From positions 672,001-736,000 of the forward strand of contig OZ243938.1 in the NCBI GenBank assembly GCA_965214095.1: a DNA stretch of 64,000 nucleotides. The letters run 5' to 3'. Positions 1 to 9,039 of the stretch are shown here, one piece after another (within the stretch, counting starts at the first letter, position 1; every line of letters begins with the position of its first letter). This DNA is from Candidatus Poribacteria bacterium (GTDB lineage: Bacteria > Poribacteria > WGA-4E > WGA-3G). The translations under genes were made by a program, and so were the position numbers. A model generated the notes under the pieces. The model did no database searches. It had not been told where the DNA came from and was given only the letters and a program-made list of their open reading frames with translations.

Positions 1-1627
1 GCAGGAAAAGAGCCATATAGAGCGAGGCAGTATCTGACAATGAACGAAACGCAGTATTCAACTCCTCTAACTCAGAGTTAGGAGATAGAGACATCTGTTG
101 ACCGATGCGTGGACCACCGAAAGGACTACTGGGTTCTGTCCGACGTATCTCATCAAGATGTCCAATAGCAGTCAGTGTGTGTTTTCCTACGGTATATGGG
201 TCAAGACTCCGTTCACTTCGAGTCATCATTGCCTTTTCAAATCGTTCTCCACCTTCTCCGAGTCGAGACAATATCCCAAGTCTATGTAGCCGCGTTAAAC
301 TCTTTTCAACATTGCCGGGGGTATTGATGAGTTCTGCCATTCTCGGTCTAAAGCGATCCCAATCAAACGCATCAACATACGCAAAGATAAAGGTCGCAAG
401 TGACGGATCAATCTCAAAATCGTATTGCTGGAAATAGGTGAATAGTCTATAGAGTTCGTCTGTATCCAGTTCTCCGAAGTTATTATCAATGCAATACAAC
501 ACATCCGTTCTAACACCAAGCACATCCGAAACTGGTATGCCATTCGCAAGAAACTTACGTATCAATAATTCTGCTTTAAAGTGTAGATACTTTGCTTTGG
601 CGTAGTAATCTGACATGAAGTCATAACGACCTTCCTCCGATTCATCAGAATAACCGAGCGCACAAGCAATCTGTGATTGGAGTGTATCTTCCTGTTCCGG
701 ATGGAAAGAGAGTGCGTCATGTGGGGCATCTGCCAATACATGTAATAAATTCCGCACTTTGAACATAAAATCAAGAGCCGGTTTCAGCTGTTCGTCATCA
801 AATCTCTCATATAGTTCAAGGACTGATGTAAAATTCGGTAGACCGCACATCCATAACGCATACTGAAGTGTTCGCAACCCACCGCGTCCCGTTTTTATGT
901 CGGGTTGATTGAGATAAATCGTGTCTTCAGTGGTATTGAAAGAATCTGCTCTTGATTGAAGTAGGTCAAGGACAAGTGAAATGTCTGATTTATCGGATTG
1001 AACTGCTTTACGGAACTTTTCTGTCAATGTAGAATCGCCTGCAATAAATCGCATATCAATCAAAGCGGTCATATCCATAAAGTTCCATTTTGCTATGTCT
1101 GCCATCGGACGATAGATAAAACTAAATTCAAAACCGGGAATCACCGTATGCAAACTATCAAAAAAGTCGTAGAACCATCTGACAAGTTCCAGTGTGCCTT
1201 CGTCGTAGACATCCTCAAGGTCAACGGAAGATGTATAGACGACATCCACATCTGAAAAATAGCACAACTCATGCCTGCCGTAGCTTCCGACTCCATATAG
1301 TGCAACATCGGGAGTCCAATCTTCTGGCACTTCGTCCATAAAATCACTATAGTCAATACCCGGTATCTTCAGCAGTTCTTCTATCTGCTTGGAGTATTCT
1401 GTCTTGATTTGATAGGTAGCGACTTCATATACCTTTTGGATGATTGCGTCCCATATCTGCGTGTGGGTAGTACACGCAGAGAAACCACTCTCTCCAGCTA
1501 ATATATCTGATTTGAGTAGTTCACGCTCGGATTTGATGAATGCTCCCAACTGCTCTTGCAAGACTTGTTGAGAGATGTTAAGATTCGGAATATATTGTGT
1601 GAGTCGGTTTTCTATCTGTATTGACAT
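1..1627 (-). CDS. GlnD-like nucleotidyltransferase/HD-domain protein ([protein-PII] uridylyltransferase family), partial: runs off the window edge
   Basis: Not in the ORF track because it has no stop in the window. Manual minus-strand translation from the ATG at 1627 (MSIQIENRL...) gives the NTase motif GSYGRHELCYFSDVDV, the GlnD-type 'PDIKTGRGGLRTLQ' segment and the 'YTVGKHTL' start of an HD domain. Confidence 0.75.
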   Translation of the reverse strand, partial: MSIQIENRLTQYIPNLNISQQVLQEQLGAFIKSERELLKSDILAGESGFSACTTHTQIWDAIIQKVYEVATYQIKTEYSKQIEELLKIPGIDYSDFMDEVPEDWTPDVALYGVGSYGRHELCYFSDVDVVYTSSVDLEDVYDEGTLELVRWFYDFFDSLHTVIPGFEFSFIYRPMADIAKWNFMDMTALIDMRFIAGDSTLTEKFRKAVQSDKSDISLVLDLLQSRADSFNTTEDTIYLNQPDIKTGRGGLRTLQYALWMCGLPNFTSVLELYERFDDEQLKPALDFMFKVRNLLHVLADAPHDALSFHPEQEDTLQSQIACALGYSDESEEGRYDFMSDYYAKAKYLHFKAELLIRKFLANGIPVSDVLGVRTDVLYCIDNNFGELDTDELYRLFTYFQQYDFEIDPSLATFIFAYVDAFDWDRFRPRMAELINTPGNVEKSLTRLHRLGILSRLGEGGERFEKAMMTRSERSLDPYTVGKHTLTAIGHLDEIRRTEPSSPFGGPRIGQQMSLSPNSELEELNTAFRSLSDTASLYMALFL

Positions 1628-2119
1628 GGGTTTTAGGTTATTCTTGGTTGAGAATTAGTCCTTGATTTTTGGTGAGGTATTACTGTTGCTTTTTGTTCAT
1701 TATACACTGATGGTTTATTTTAAACAAGAGATTATGTGGAATTCAGGGGTATTTAGTTTTAAGGATTCATAATCATTGAGGTTAACTTTACATTTGTAAA
1801 ATAAAACCGAAGATATTACCACCACGCATTTGCATGGCTTCTGATTTGGACACGCGTGTCCAGCCGATTTCGTTAGCATATTTGGGTAGTGGTTCTTCAA
1901 CTGCGGACCGTTCAGACAAAATCGTTTCCAAATGTCAATTAGAGTGATATAGTGTTGATACTTTTAGGCAATTGGTAATTTTTTCTGTACACGAATCCTG
2001 TCTATGACTGGGTTTTCCCGATCAAAAAATTACCAATTTTACCAATTAGTAATTTAACGTAAATTGAGTAAATATTGGATATTTATAGTGAACATTGAAA
2101 ATAATAGGACAAAGTCTCT

Positions 2120-2184
2120 GTAAGAGCGATCTCCGAATCGCGAGTTAACTCAGTGATACTCGGGAATCGGAGTTCCCTCCTACA
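2120..2184. repeat. REP-like palindromic pair
   Basis: GTAAGAGCGATCTCCGAATCGCGA ... GGGAATCGGAGTTCCCTCCTACA: short hairpins with GTA(G)/CTAC feet, as in REP elements. Confidence 0.45.
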
Positions 2185-2252
2185 TCTCAAAATGTCCCAT
2201 TAATTCAAGAGTTTACTATAAATAACCCTATGTGGAATTTGGAAAATCGGTA

Positions 2253-2281
2253 TTGATAATTTGATTGGATTGTGGTATAAT
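2253..2281 (+). promoter_or_regulatory. sigma70-type promoter of the sspB-like gene, probably leaderless
   Basis: TTGATA (2253-2258), 17-nt spacer, TATAAT (2276-2281) preceded by TGn. The ATG at 2288 lies 7 nt after the -10 box and has no Shine-Dalgarno. Confidence 0.6.
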
Positions 2282-2287
2282 ACCTGT

Positions 2288-3219
2288 ATGGAAAATTTAC
2301 TTGCTGAAACTTCTTCAAGACCATATTTGGTCAACCCATCTTTTTCTGGACACCAAACCTTTCCGTTCCGATATACGTGGCTAAAAAAGGGTGTTGATGC
2401 TGTTACTAAAGAACCTACAGTTTTCTCATCAGAGAACGCATCAGTGATTTTAGGTGTTGGGAAAAATATGGTGAGTTCCATACGGCATTGGTGTAATGTC
2501 GCGGGACTAATATATAATGATAAATCAGAAAGGAGTCGTTGTGTTCCAACAGAATTAGGTAAAGCAATTTTTGAAGAAAATGGCTTTGATCCATATCTTG
2601 ACGATCCTGCTACACTATGGTTGATTCACTGGAAAATCTCAACAAATATGAACCAAGCAACGACTTGGTATTGGGCATTTAATATACAGAAGAACAACCA
2701 ATTCATACGTGAGACATTTAGACAACAGATGTCCGAATGGGTTTTACAAAATAAAAAATCTATGCGATCTGCTTCCAAAAACACACTTGATCGTGATGTA
2801 AATTGCTTTATCAGAACATACTGCCACTCACGACAAACTACTGCTGTCATGGAAGAGTCCTTTGATTGTCCACTTGTTGAACTCAATCTTATCTCCGAAC
2901 TACCTGATGGTGAAGGATATGAATTCCAACGTGGCGAAAAAGTAACATTGCCAATTGAGGTCTTCTCGGCAAAACTTGTTGCATTTTGGGTCAATCGTTT
3001 CTCTGAAAGGGATTCTCTCACATTTACAGAAATTTTGACTGCTCCTTTGAGTCCCAGACGTATTACAGATTAGATGAAAATACACCGCCCCAATATCTTG
3101 AAAAACTCGAAGAACTGACAGAAGGTGCAATGCGATACGATGAAACTACAGACTTAAAGCAAGTTTACAGACATAGAGATGTAGATCCGATGCATCTATT
3201 AAAGAGGTATTATGGCTAA
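2288..3219 (+). pseudogene. sspB: DUF4007 family protein (SspB-like) with a frameshift at about 3065
   Basis: DUF4007 motifs FSGHQTFPFRYTWLKKG, LGVGKNMVSSIRHW, DPYLDDPATLWLIHW, DCPLVELNLI. The frame stops at 3073, but the expected C-terminus (RLDENT..QYLEKLEELTEGAMRYDETTDLKQVYR...LLKRYYG*) continues in another frame from 3067 to 3219, overlapping the next ATG. Could be a true lesion or a sequencing error. Confidence 0.75.
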
Positions 3220-6200
3220 CGTTCCATTGTCTGATTTATTTCATGTAAAGGGTCGTTTTCGTAGATCTGTACATCTTGAACGCGACTTCTATAGAGAAAA
3301 TGCTATAGATGGTTATGTCCTTACTGCTACAGCACGCGAGATGTTATCACGTGTAATTTCAACGCTTGAGAATGGGTCGACCTCTAAAGCATGGTCACTT
3401 ACTGGTCCCTACGGGTCAGGCAAATCAGCCTTTGCACTATTTGCTGCCAAATTATTAGGAAATTCAAATTCACCTACAGCACAACAGGCTTTAGAACTAT
3501 TGGAACGTGGTGATACTTCACTATATGAGCGATTTAAAAACTCAAACGGTAATGGCAATCAGTCAGATTCTGGATTCTGTCCCGTTCTCATTTCGGGTGA
3601 ACGTGCACCACTCTCGCTTGCTTTATTACGCAGTTTGGATCGTGGACTTTTAAATTCCAACGGAACATATATATCTATTTCACTACAGCAGGAACTTAAA
3701 GAACTGTTGGAAGCGGCAAGTAAAGATTCCCTGCCGACTGCTTCCGATGTAACACATCTATATGAATCTGCAACCCAGCAAATTTGTGATTCTGGTGGAT
3801 CTGGTTTGTTACTCATAATCGATGAACTCGGTAAATTTCTTGAATTCGCGGCACAAAATCCATCACAAGGGGATATGTTTATCCTTCAGAGTCTCGCTGA
3901 ATTGGCAGACCGAAGTCAACAAACACCGTTGTTTCTAATGACTATCCTCCATCAAGCTTTTGAGGCTTATGCATTGCGAACAGAACAATCGCAACGAGAG
4001 GAATGGACAAAGGTTCAGGGAAGATTTGAAGACGTAGTTTTCACAGAACCCACTGAACAAGTGCTTCGCTTAGTTGGTGCAGCACTTGAAAAACCATCAG
4101 ATATAGTTTCTAAAGAAGATCTCAGTACTGCAACCGAATTAGGATTAATTCCACAACAACTAAATGAAAACGAATTTTCACATCTCTTACAAGAGTGTCT
4201 ACCTCTGCACCCTACAGTAGCATTACTCATTGGTCCTCTATTCAAAAGATTTGCGCAGAATGAACGTTCGCTCTTTGCTTTTCTCAATTCCAGTGAACCT
4301 TATGGATTACAAGATTTCCTAACCCAACAAGATTATGACGGTTCCATACTTCCGAAGTATACAATTGCAGACCTATACGATTATCTTGACGCAACACAAG
4401 GGAACGAACTCTTCACTTCAAGTAATGGAAAAAAGTGGGCAGAAATTGAATCGGCATTAATGCAAATACAAAACCCATCTGAACTGACAGTCAAATTGAT
4501 CAAAACGATAGGACTGCTCGGTATCGTCCGTGAATCCGTTCCAAATCTGAAAGCATCAGAAGAACTACTCCGATATGCATTATTCAATGGAGAAGAAGGA
4601 TTTGACAGTGAATATTCTAATACACTTACAACTTTAAAGAATCGTTCAATAGTTACCTATCGAAGACACAACGATGTTTATGTCTTATGGGAAGGAAGCA
4701 ACGTTGACATAGAGGAAAGACTCCGTGAAGCAGAAACACACGTTGACACAAGAGCAGCACTTGTTTCGGATTTATCACGCTACATGCCAACCCGTCCACT
4801 TGTCGCAAGACGACACCTATATCAGACTGGCACGCTACGATATTTCTCAATTCGCTACACTGATCTTGATAACTTTGATACTGACCTTAATGAACCACTC
4901 GGTGATGCAGATGGACTTATTCTATATGCTTTACCAGCAGATGACTTTGAGGTAAAGCAACTCATAGAAAAAACAACAGACGATGACATTGCAGAACGCA
5001 AAGAAGTTCTAATTGCTATTCCACATTCCATTGGTTTCCTTAACAATGCTGTAACACAACTTGCATATTTACACTGGGTTTCAGAAAACACACCCGAACT
5101 CAACGGTGATGCTGTAGCAAGACGTGAACTTGAAAAACGACTTGAAATAGTTGAACGTGAAGTGTCTGAAAGTTTGTCAGCAATATATGGCGTTGACAAC
5201 AAAGAAGCATGTGTTTGGTATCATCAAGGACAATCAACAGACATTGATTCTGAACGCGCAAGAAATGAATACCTTTCAAGAATTTGTGATAATGTATTTT
5301 CCGAAACACCGTTTATACGAAATGAACTAATCAACCGTCGCAAAATCTCTGGTGCTGTAACCTCTGCACGCAGAAAATTAATTCAAGCAATGCTTGAAAA
5401 TGGAGACAAAGAAAATCTCGGTATTTCTGGATACCCGCCTGAAATGAGTATCTACCGTTCTCTCTTATGGGATACGGGTATTCATCGTATGGAATCAGGT
5501 GTTTGGGGATTCCACCCACCAAAATCGCATGATCAAAACAGAATAGAACACACTTGGCATGCATTTGAGTCGTTTCTTAACAAATGTGAAGAGTCAAGAC
5601 AACCTGTAGAGAATCTGTATAACCATCTTAGCTTTCCACCACTTGGAGTCCGAAAGGGTCCACTTCCAATTCTGTTATGTGCAGTAATTCTCCACTACAG
5701 AACTGAAATCGCACTCTATGAAAATGGATCTTTTGTTGCTGATCTCTCAATGCCTCTCTTTGAACGATTGTTAAAAGCACCAGAGAACTTTGAACTGAAA
5801 CGTTTTCGGTTAACTGGTATACGTACAGAGTTGTTTTCACAATTCTTAGAATTGCTCAATCAACCTATATATTCAGAAGACGCTGATCTTTTGACAATCG
5901 TTGCACCACTGATGCGATTCATTGCACAACTCCCAAACTACACACAGAAAACACAAGAAATAAGTCCGGAAGCAAAAAATCTTCGAGAAGTAGTGAGCAA
6001 AGCAAGTGAGCCTGACGAACTACTTTTTAAGCAGCTGCCTGAAGCACTCGGATATTCAGTTTTTTCTGCGGAATCAACAGACACAAAGAAACTTACAGAT
6101 TTTTTCAACACACTACAAAATGCACTTTCCGAATTAGGTGGGGCGTATGACAGACTACTCAATTCACTTGAAAGGATGCTTGCAGATGCATTCATGTTAG

Positions 6201-6694
6201 AGGTCTCAAAAGACGATCTCCGAAATGAATTGACAGAAAGGGCGGAACCTCTATTAGAGATCACAGTAGAAGCACAACTCAAAGGATTCTTAATCAATCT
6301 ATGCAACGAGGGGCATGATTTTACAGGTTGGGTCGAGGCACTTGGAACATTCCTTACCAAAAAACCGCCTGCCTCATGGGTAGACACCGACACAGTACAA
6401 TTTGAGATAAACCTTTCGCAACTTGCAAGAAAATTCCGACATTTTGAAGCCGTGTCTTATGAAAAACTACAACACGATGAATCTGATACAGAAACAATAC
6501 GTATAGGAATCACAACACCTAACGAAAACGAACAGGAACGTGTTGTAAAACTAACTGATGAGCAACAAGCTAAACAAATAGAACACGCAATTATTGAAGT
6601 ATTTGAGAAATATGATTTGGATGAAAAATCTGAACTTCGTCTGGCAGTTTTGGCACGAATTACAAAAAACCTGATACGTGAATCTGATGAATAA
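3212..6694 (+). CDS. sspC: Large P-loop ATPase, SspC-like (phosphorothioation system)
   Basis: 1160 aa with Walker A GPYGSGKS, Walker B LLLIIDELGKFLE and conserved EWTKVQGRF and FAQNERSLFAFL. Lies between the DUF4007 and PAPS-reductase-like genes. Confidence 0.75.
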   Translation: MANVPLSDLFHVKGRFRRSVHLERDFYRENAIDGYVLTATAREMLSRVISTLENGSTSKAWSLTGPYGSGKSAFALFAAKLLGNSNSPTAQQALELLERGDTSLYERFKNSNGNGNQSDSGFCPVLISGERAPLSLALLRSLDRGLLNSNGTYISISLQQELKELLEAASKDSLPTASDVTHLYESATQQICDSGGSGLLLIIDELGKFLEFAAQNPSQGDMFILQSLAELADRSQQTPLFLMTILHQAFEAYALRTEQSQREEWTKVQGRFEDVVFTEPTEQVLRLVGAALEKPSDIVSKEDLSTATELGLIPQQLNENEFSHLLQECLPLHPTVALLIGPLFKRFAQNERSLFAFLNSSEPYGLQDFLTQQDYDGSILPKYTIADLYDYLDATQGNELFTSSNGKKWAEIESALMQIQNPSELTVKLIKTIGLLGIVRESVPNLKASEELLRYALFNGEEGFDSEYSNTLTTLKNRSIVTYRRHNDVYVLWEGSNVDIEERLREAETHVDTRAALVSDLSRYMPTRPLVARRHLYQTGTLRYFSIRYTDLDNFDTDLNEPLGDADGLILYALPADDFEVKQLIEKTTDDDIAERKEVLIAIPHSIGFLNNAVTQLAYLHWVSENTPELNGDAVARRELEKRLEIVEREVSESLSAIYGVDNKEACVWYHQGQSTDIDSERARNEYLSRICDNVFSETPFIRNELINRRKISGAVTSARRKLIQAMLENGDKENLGISGYPPEMSIYRSLLWDTGIHRMESGVWGFHPPKSHDQNRIEHTWHAFESFLNKCEESRQPVENLYNHLSFPPLGVRKGPLPILLCAVILHYRTEIALYENGSFVADLSMPLFERLLKAPENFELKRFRLTGIRTELFSQFLELLNQPIYSEDADLLTIVAPLMRFIAQLPNYTQKTQEISPEAKNLREVVSKASEPDELLFKQLPEALGYSVFSAESTDTKKLTDFFNTLQNALSELGGAYDRLLNSLERMLADAFMLEVSKDDLRNELTERAEPLLEITVEAQLKGFLINLCNEGHDFTGWVEALGTFLTKKPPASWVDTDTVQFEINLSQLARKFRHFEAVSYEKLQHDESDTETIRIGITTPNENEQERVVKLTDEQQAKQIEHAIIEVFEKYDLDEKSELRLAVLARITKNLIRESDE

Positions 6695-6728
6695 TTATAT
6701 TGATTTTTTCTGGCACTTATAATATAAT

Positions 6729-7001
6729 CTATAGTTAGGACAATTTCTCTTGGTTACATACTGATATTGCTAGCATTTGCAATATATTGTAAGTTTTGGA
6801 TAGGATAGGACTTTGATGAAAAAGTGTGAAAACATCAAAATGAGCAGCCCCAGCGGGGCGGAATGTGTATAGAAAAATGTCCCCGACCAATGCAAGCCCC
6901 AGCGGGGCGACAGGTGTATCATTGAAGAAATAGGTCCGATGACTGTGATGCTCCTTGTCCAGAGCAATGTTCACGTCCTCAAAAAATTGTCCAAACTATA
7001 G
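6729..7001. mobile_element. MITE family 1, complete copy (273 bp)
   Basis: 18-bp terminal inverted repeats CTATAGTT(A/T)GGACAATTT; 9-bp direct repeat TAATATAAT on both flanks (6720-6728, 7002-7010); two internal GCCCCAGCGGGGC hairpins; no transposase. Confidence 0.85.
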
Positions 7002-7251
7002 TAATATAATGCATTGTATGAATAAAGCAGTCCTACAGGACGATCTTTTACCCGAATATGATTTATGAAAGTTACGGGACCGAGGGACAGGTCCTGGACA
7101 CAAATCCTTGCTGGTAAACCTATTGTCCAATTAGAACCTGACGTTGCATGGGTTTTTCCAATGTTGTAGTTGTGAATGAAGCACTACTATTTCTGATTCA
7201 CATTACAAGAAAAACAACGTTGGAGATTAATCGGGGTTATTGGGGAGCAAC

Positions 7252-8070
7252 ATGTCACAGAAAATTAGACATCTACTCGGTCTATCGGGTGGAAAAGACA
7301 GTTCTGCACTTGCTGTCTACATGCGAGACAGAGTGCCAGAGATGGAATACTTCTTCACTGATACCGGTAAAGAACTGCCAGAGACTTACGATTTTTTAGA
7401 CCGACTTGAAGCATTCCTCGGCAAACCGATTGCGCGTCTCAACGTTGAACGTGATTTTGATCATTGGTTGACACTTCACGGTGGATTATTGCCATCCTCT
7501 CAAGTCCGTTGGTGCACTATCAAACTCAAAATCAAACCTTTTGAGGAATATGTCGGCGAAGATATGGTGTATCATTACATCGGTATTCGTGCTGACGAAG
7601 ATCGTGTCGGATACAAACCACCTAAGATAAGTTCCCTTCAAAACATTTTCCCCAAATATCCATTTAAAGATGACGGTATTACCAAAGAGGACGTTTTCCG
7701 AATCCTTGAGGAGAGCGGACTCGGTTTGCCTGACTATTACAAATGGCGCACGCGTTCTGGTTGCTACTTCTGCTTTTTCCAACGCAAATCCGAATGGGTG
7801 GGACTCTTAGAGGAACACCCCGATCTCTTTGAACTTGCCAAGGGTTATGAGAAATTCAATACAGATACAGGTGAACGGTTTACATGGAGTCAGGGTGAAA
7901 GTTTAGAGGAGTTAACAGACCCAGAACGGATAGCACAAATTAAAGAACGCACAGAACAGGCAAAGACATCCAAGAAAAAGGAAAAACCGAATCGTCGTTT
8001 GATAGAAATTCTTACCGATGTTCACGATGATGAGGATGACGAGGAACCTTGTTTGGTTTGTCATAAGTGA
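7252..8070 (+). CDS. sspD: PAPS reductase-family protein, SspD/DndC-like
   Basis: PP-loop LSGGKDS, RWCT, RSGCYFCFFQR cysteine cluster and an acidic tail ending in CLVCHK. GGGGAG RBS precedes the ATG at 7252. Confidence 0.8.
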   Translation: MSQKIRHLLGLSGGKDSSALAVYMRDRVPEMEYFFTDTGKELPETYDFLDRLEAFLGKPIARLNVERDFDHWLTLHGGLLPSSQVRWCTIKLKIKPFEEYVGEDMVYHYIGIRADEDRVGYKPPKISSLQNIFPKYPFKDDGITKEDVFRILEESGLGLPDYYKWRTRSGCYFCFFQRKSEWVGLLEEHPDLFELAKGYEKFNTDTGERFTWSQGESLEELTDPERIAQIKERTEQAKTSKKKEKPNRRLIEILTDVHDDEDDEEPCLVCHK

Positions 8071-8087
8071 AAATGTGGAGATTGGCA

Positions 8088-9029
8088 ATGGATAGAGAAC
8101 AAATTCTGCAAAAATTTGAAACCTTACGACAATGGGGCAGTAGAGGTGAACGAGCACCACACAAACCCTTGTTGGTTCTCTATGCCATTGGTAAATTGCT
8201 ACGCGGTGAAGATAGACTTATTCCTTATACTGATGACATTGAGGAAAATCTCAAGAAATTGCTGAGAGAATTTGGTCCGAGGAGAAATACTTATTATTCA
8301 CATTTCCCATTTTGGAGACTGCAAAATGATGGAGTCTGGGAAGTCACCAATGCAAATAATATACGGCAAACAGCAAGTGGTGATGCTTATGTTACAGATT
8401 TAAGAGAAAACAACGTATCAGGTGGCTTCAATGAGACAATCTCTGAACAACTACAAAACGATTCTGATCTTGCAGTTGAAATAATTCATAGCCTTTTAGA
8501 TGCTCATTTTCCAACTTCAATTCACGAAGACATCCTACAGTCAGTTGGTATTGAACTTCCCTTACAAGCATTTGATACGAGAACGCGCACATCTAATTTC
8601 CGAACTAGCATTCTTAGAGCTTATGAGTATAAATGTGCTGTCTGTGGGTTTGATGTAAAATTGGGTGATTCTCCTGTAGCATTGGAAGCTGCACATATCA
8701 AATGGCAAAGGGCAGACGGCCCTGACATTGAAGTAAATGGATTGGCTCTCTGCTCGCTGCATCATAAGTTATTTGACCGTGGTGCATTCACATTGTCAAG
8801 ACAACTACAAATCTTAGTCTCTGATGATGCACATGGGACAACGGGTTTTCAGGAGTGGCTGATGGATTTTCACGGCAACACGATCAATTTTCCACAGAGA
8901 CGTTCCTACTATCCAGAGGAAGAGTTTATCGGTTGGCACGTCAAAGAGGTGTTTCAAGGACATTATCGTGAATTGAAATCAGCAGGAATTGAAAATACTC
9001 AACATCATAAGAAAAATAACCCTGACTGA
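8088..9029 (+). CDS. Sulfur-binding-domain (SBD) + HNH endonuclease, phosphorothioated-DNA-binding restriction endonuclease family
   Basis: N-terminal RAPHKPLLVL...FPFWRLQNDGVWEV resembles the SBD H-x-P / (Y/F)PFW pocket of ScoMcrA-type readers. C-terminal HNH: CAVC...LEAAHIK...NGLALCSLHHKLFDRG. GGAGA RBS precedes the ATG at 8088. Confidence 0.8.
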   Translation: MDREQILQKFETLRQWGSRGERAPHKPLLVLYAIGKLLRGEDRLIPYTDDIEENLKKLLREFGPRRNTYYSHFPFWRLQNDGVWEVTNANNIRQTASGDAYVTDLRENNVSGGFNETISEQLQNDSDLAVEIIHSLLDAHFPTSIHEDILQSVGIELPLQAFDTRTRTSNFRTSILRAYEYKCAVCGFDVKLGDSPVALEAAHIKWQRADGPDIEVNGLALCSLHHKLFDRGAFTLSRQLQILVSDDAHGTTGFQEWLMDFHGNTINFPQRRSYYPEEEFIGWHVKEVFQGHYRELKSAGIENTQHHKKNNPD

Positions 9030-9039
9030 TTCCACAGGT

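Noticed and set aside
6735-6974. Short ORFs inside MITE family 1 (also 18761-18955, 34366-34560, 41391-41757)
   Set aside because: They are translations of a palindromic non-coding repeat, and the frames are not conserved between copies.
2288-8070. BREX type 4 (also has DUF4007/PAPS-reductase and an ATPase)
   Set aside because: No pglZ or brxL in the window, and DUF4007 and the PAPS-reductase-like domain are separate genes in sspB-sspC-sspD order.
7252-8070. Assimilatory cysH
   Set aside because: No other cys genes nearby; the context and motifs fit the SspD/DndC-like branch.
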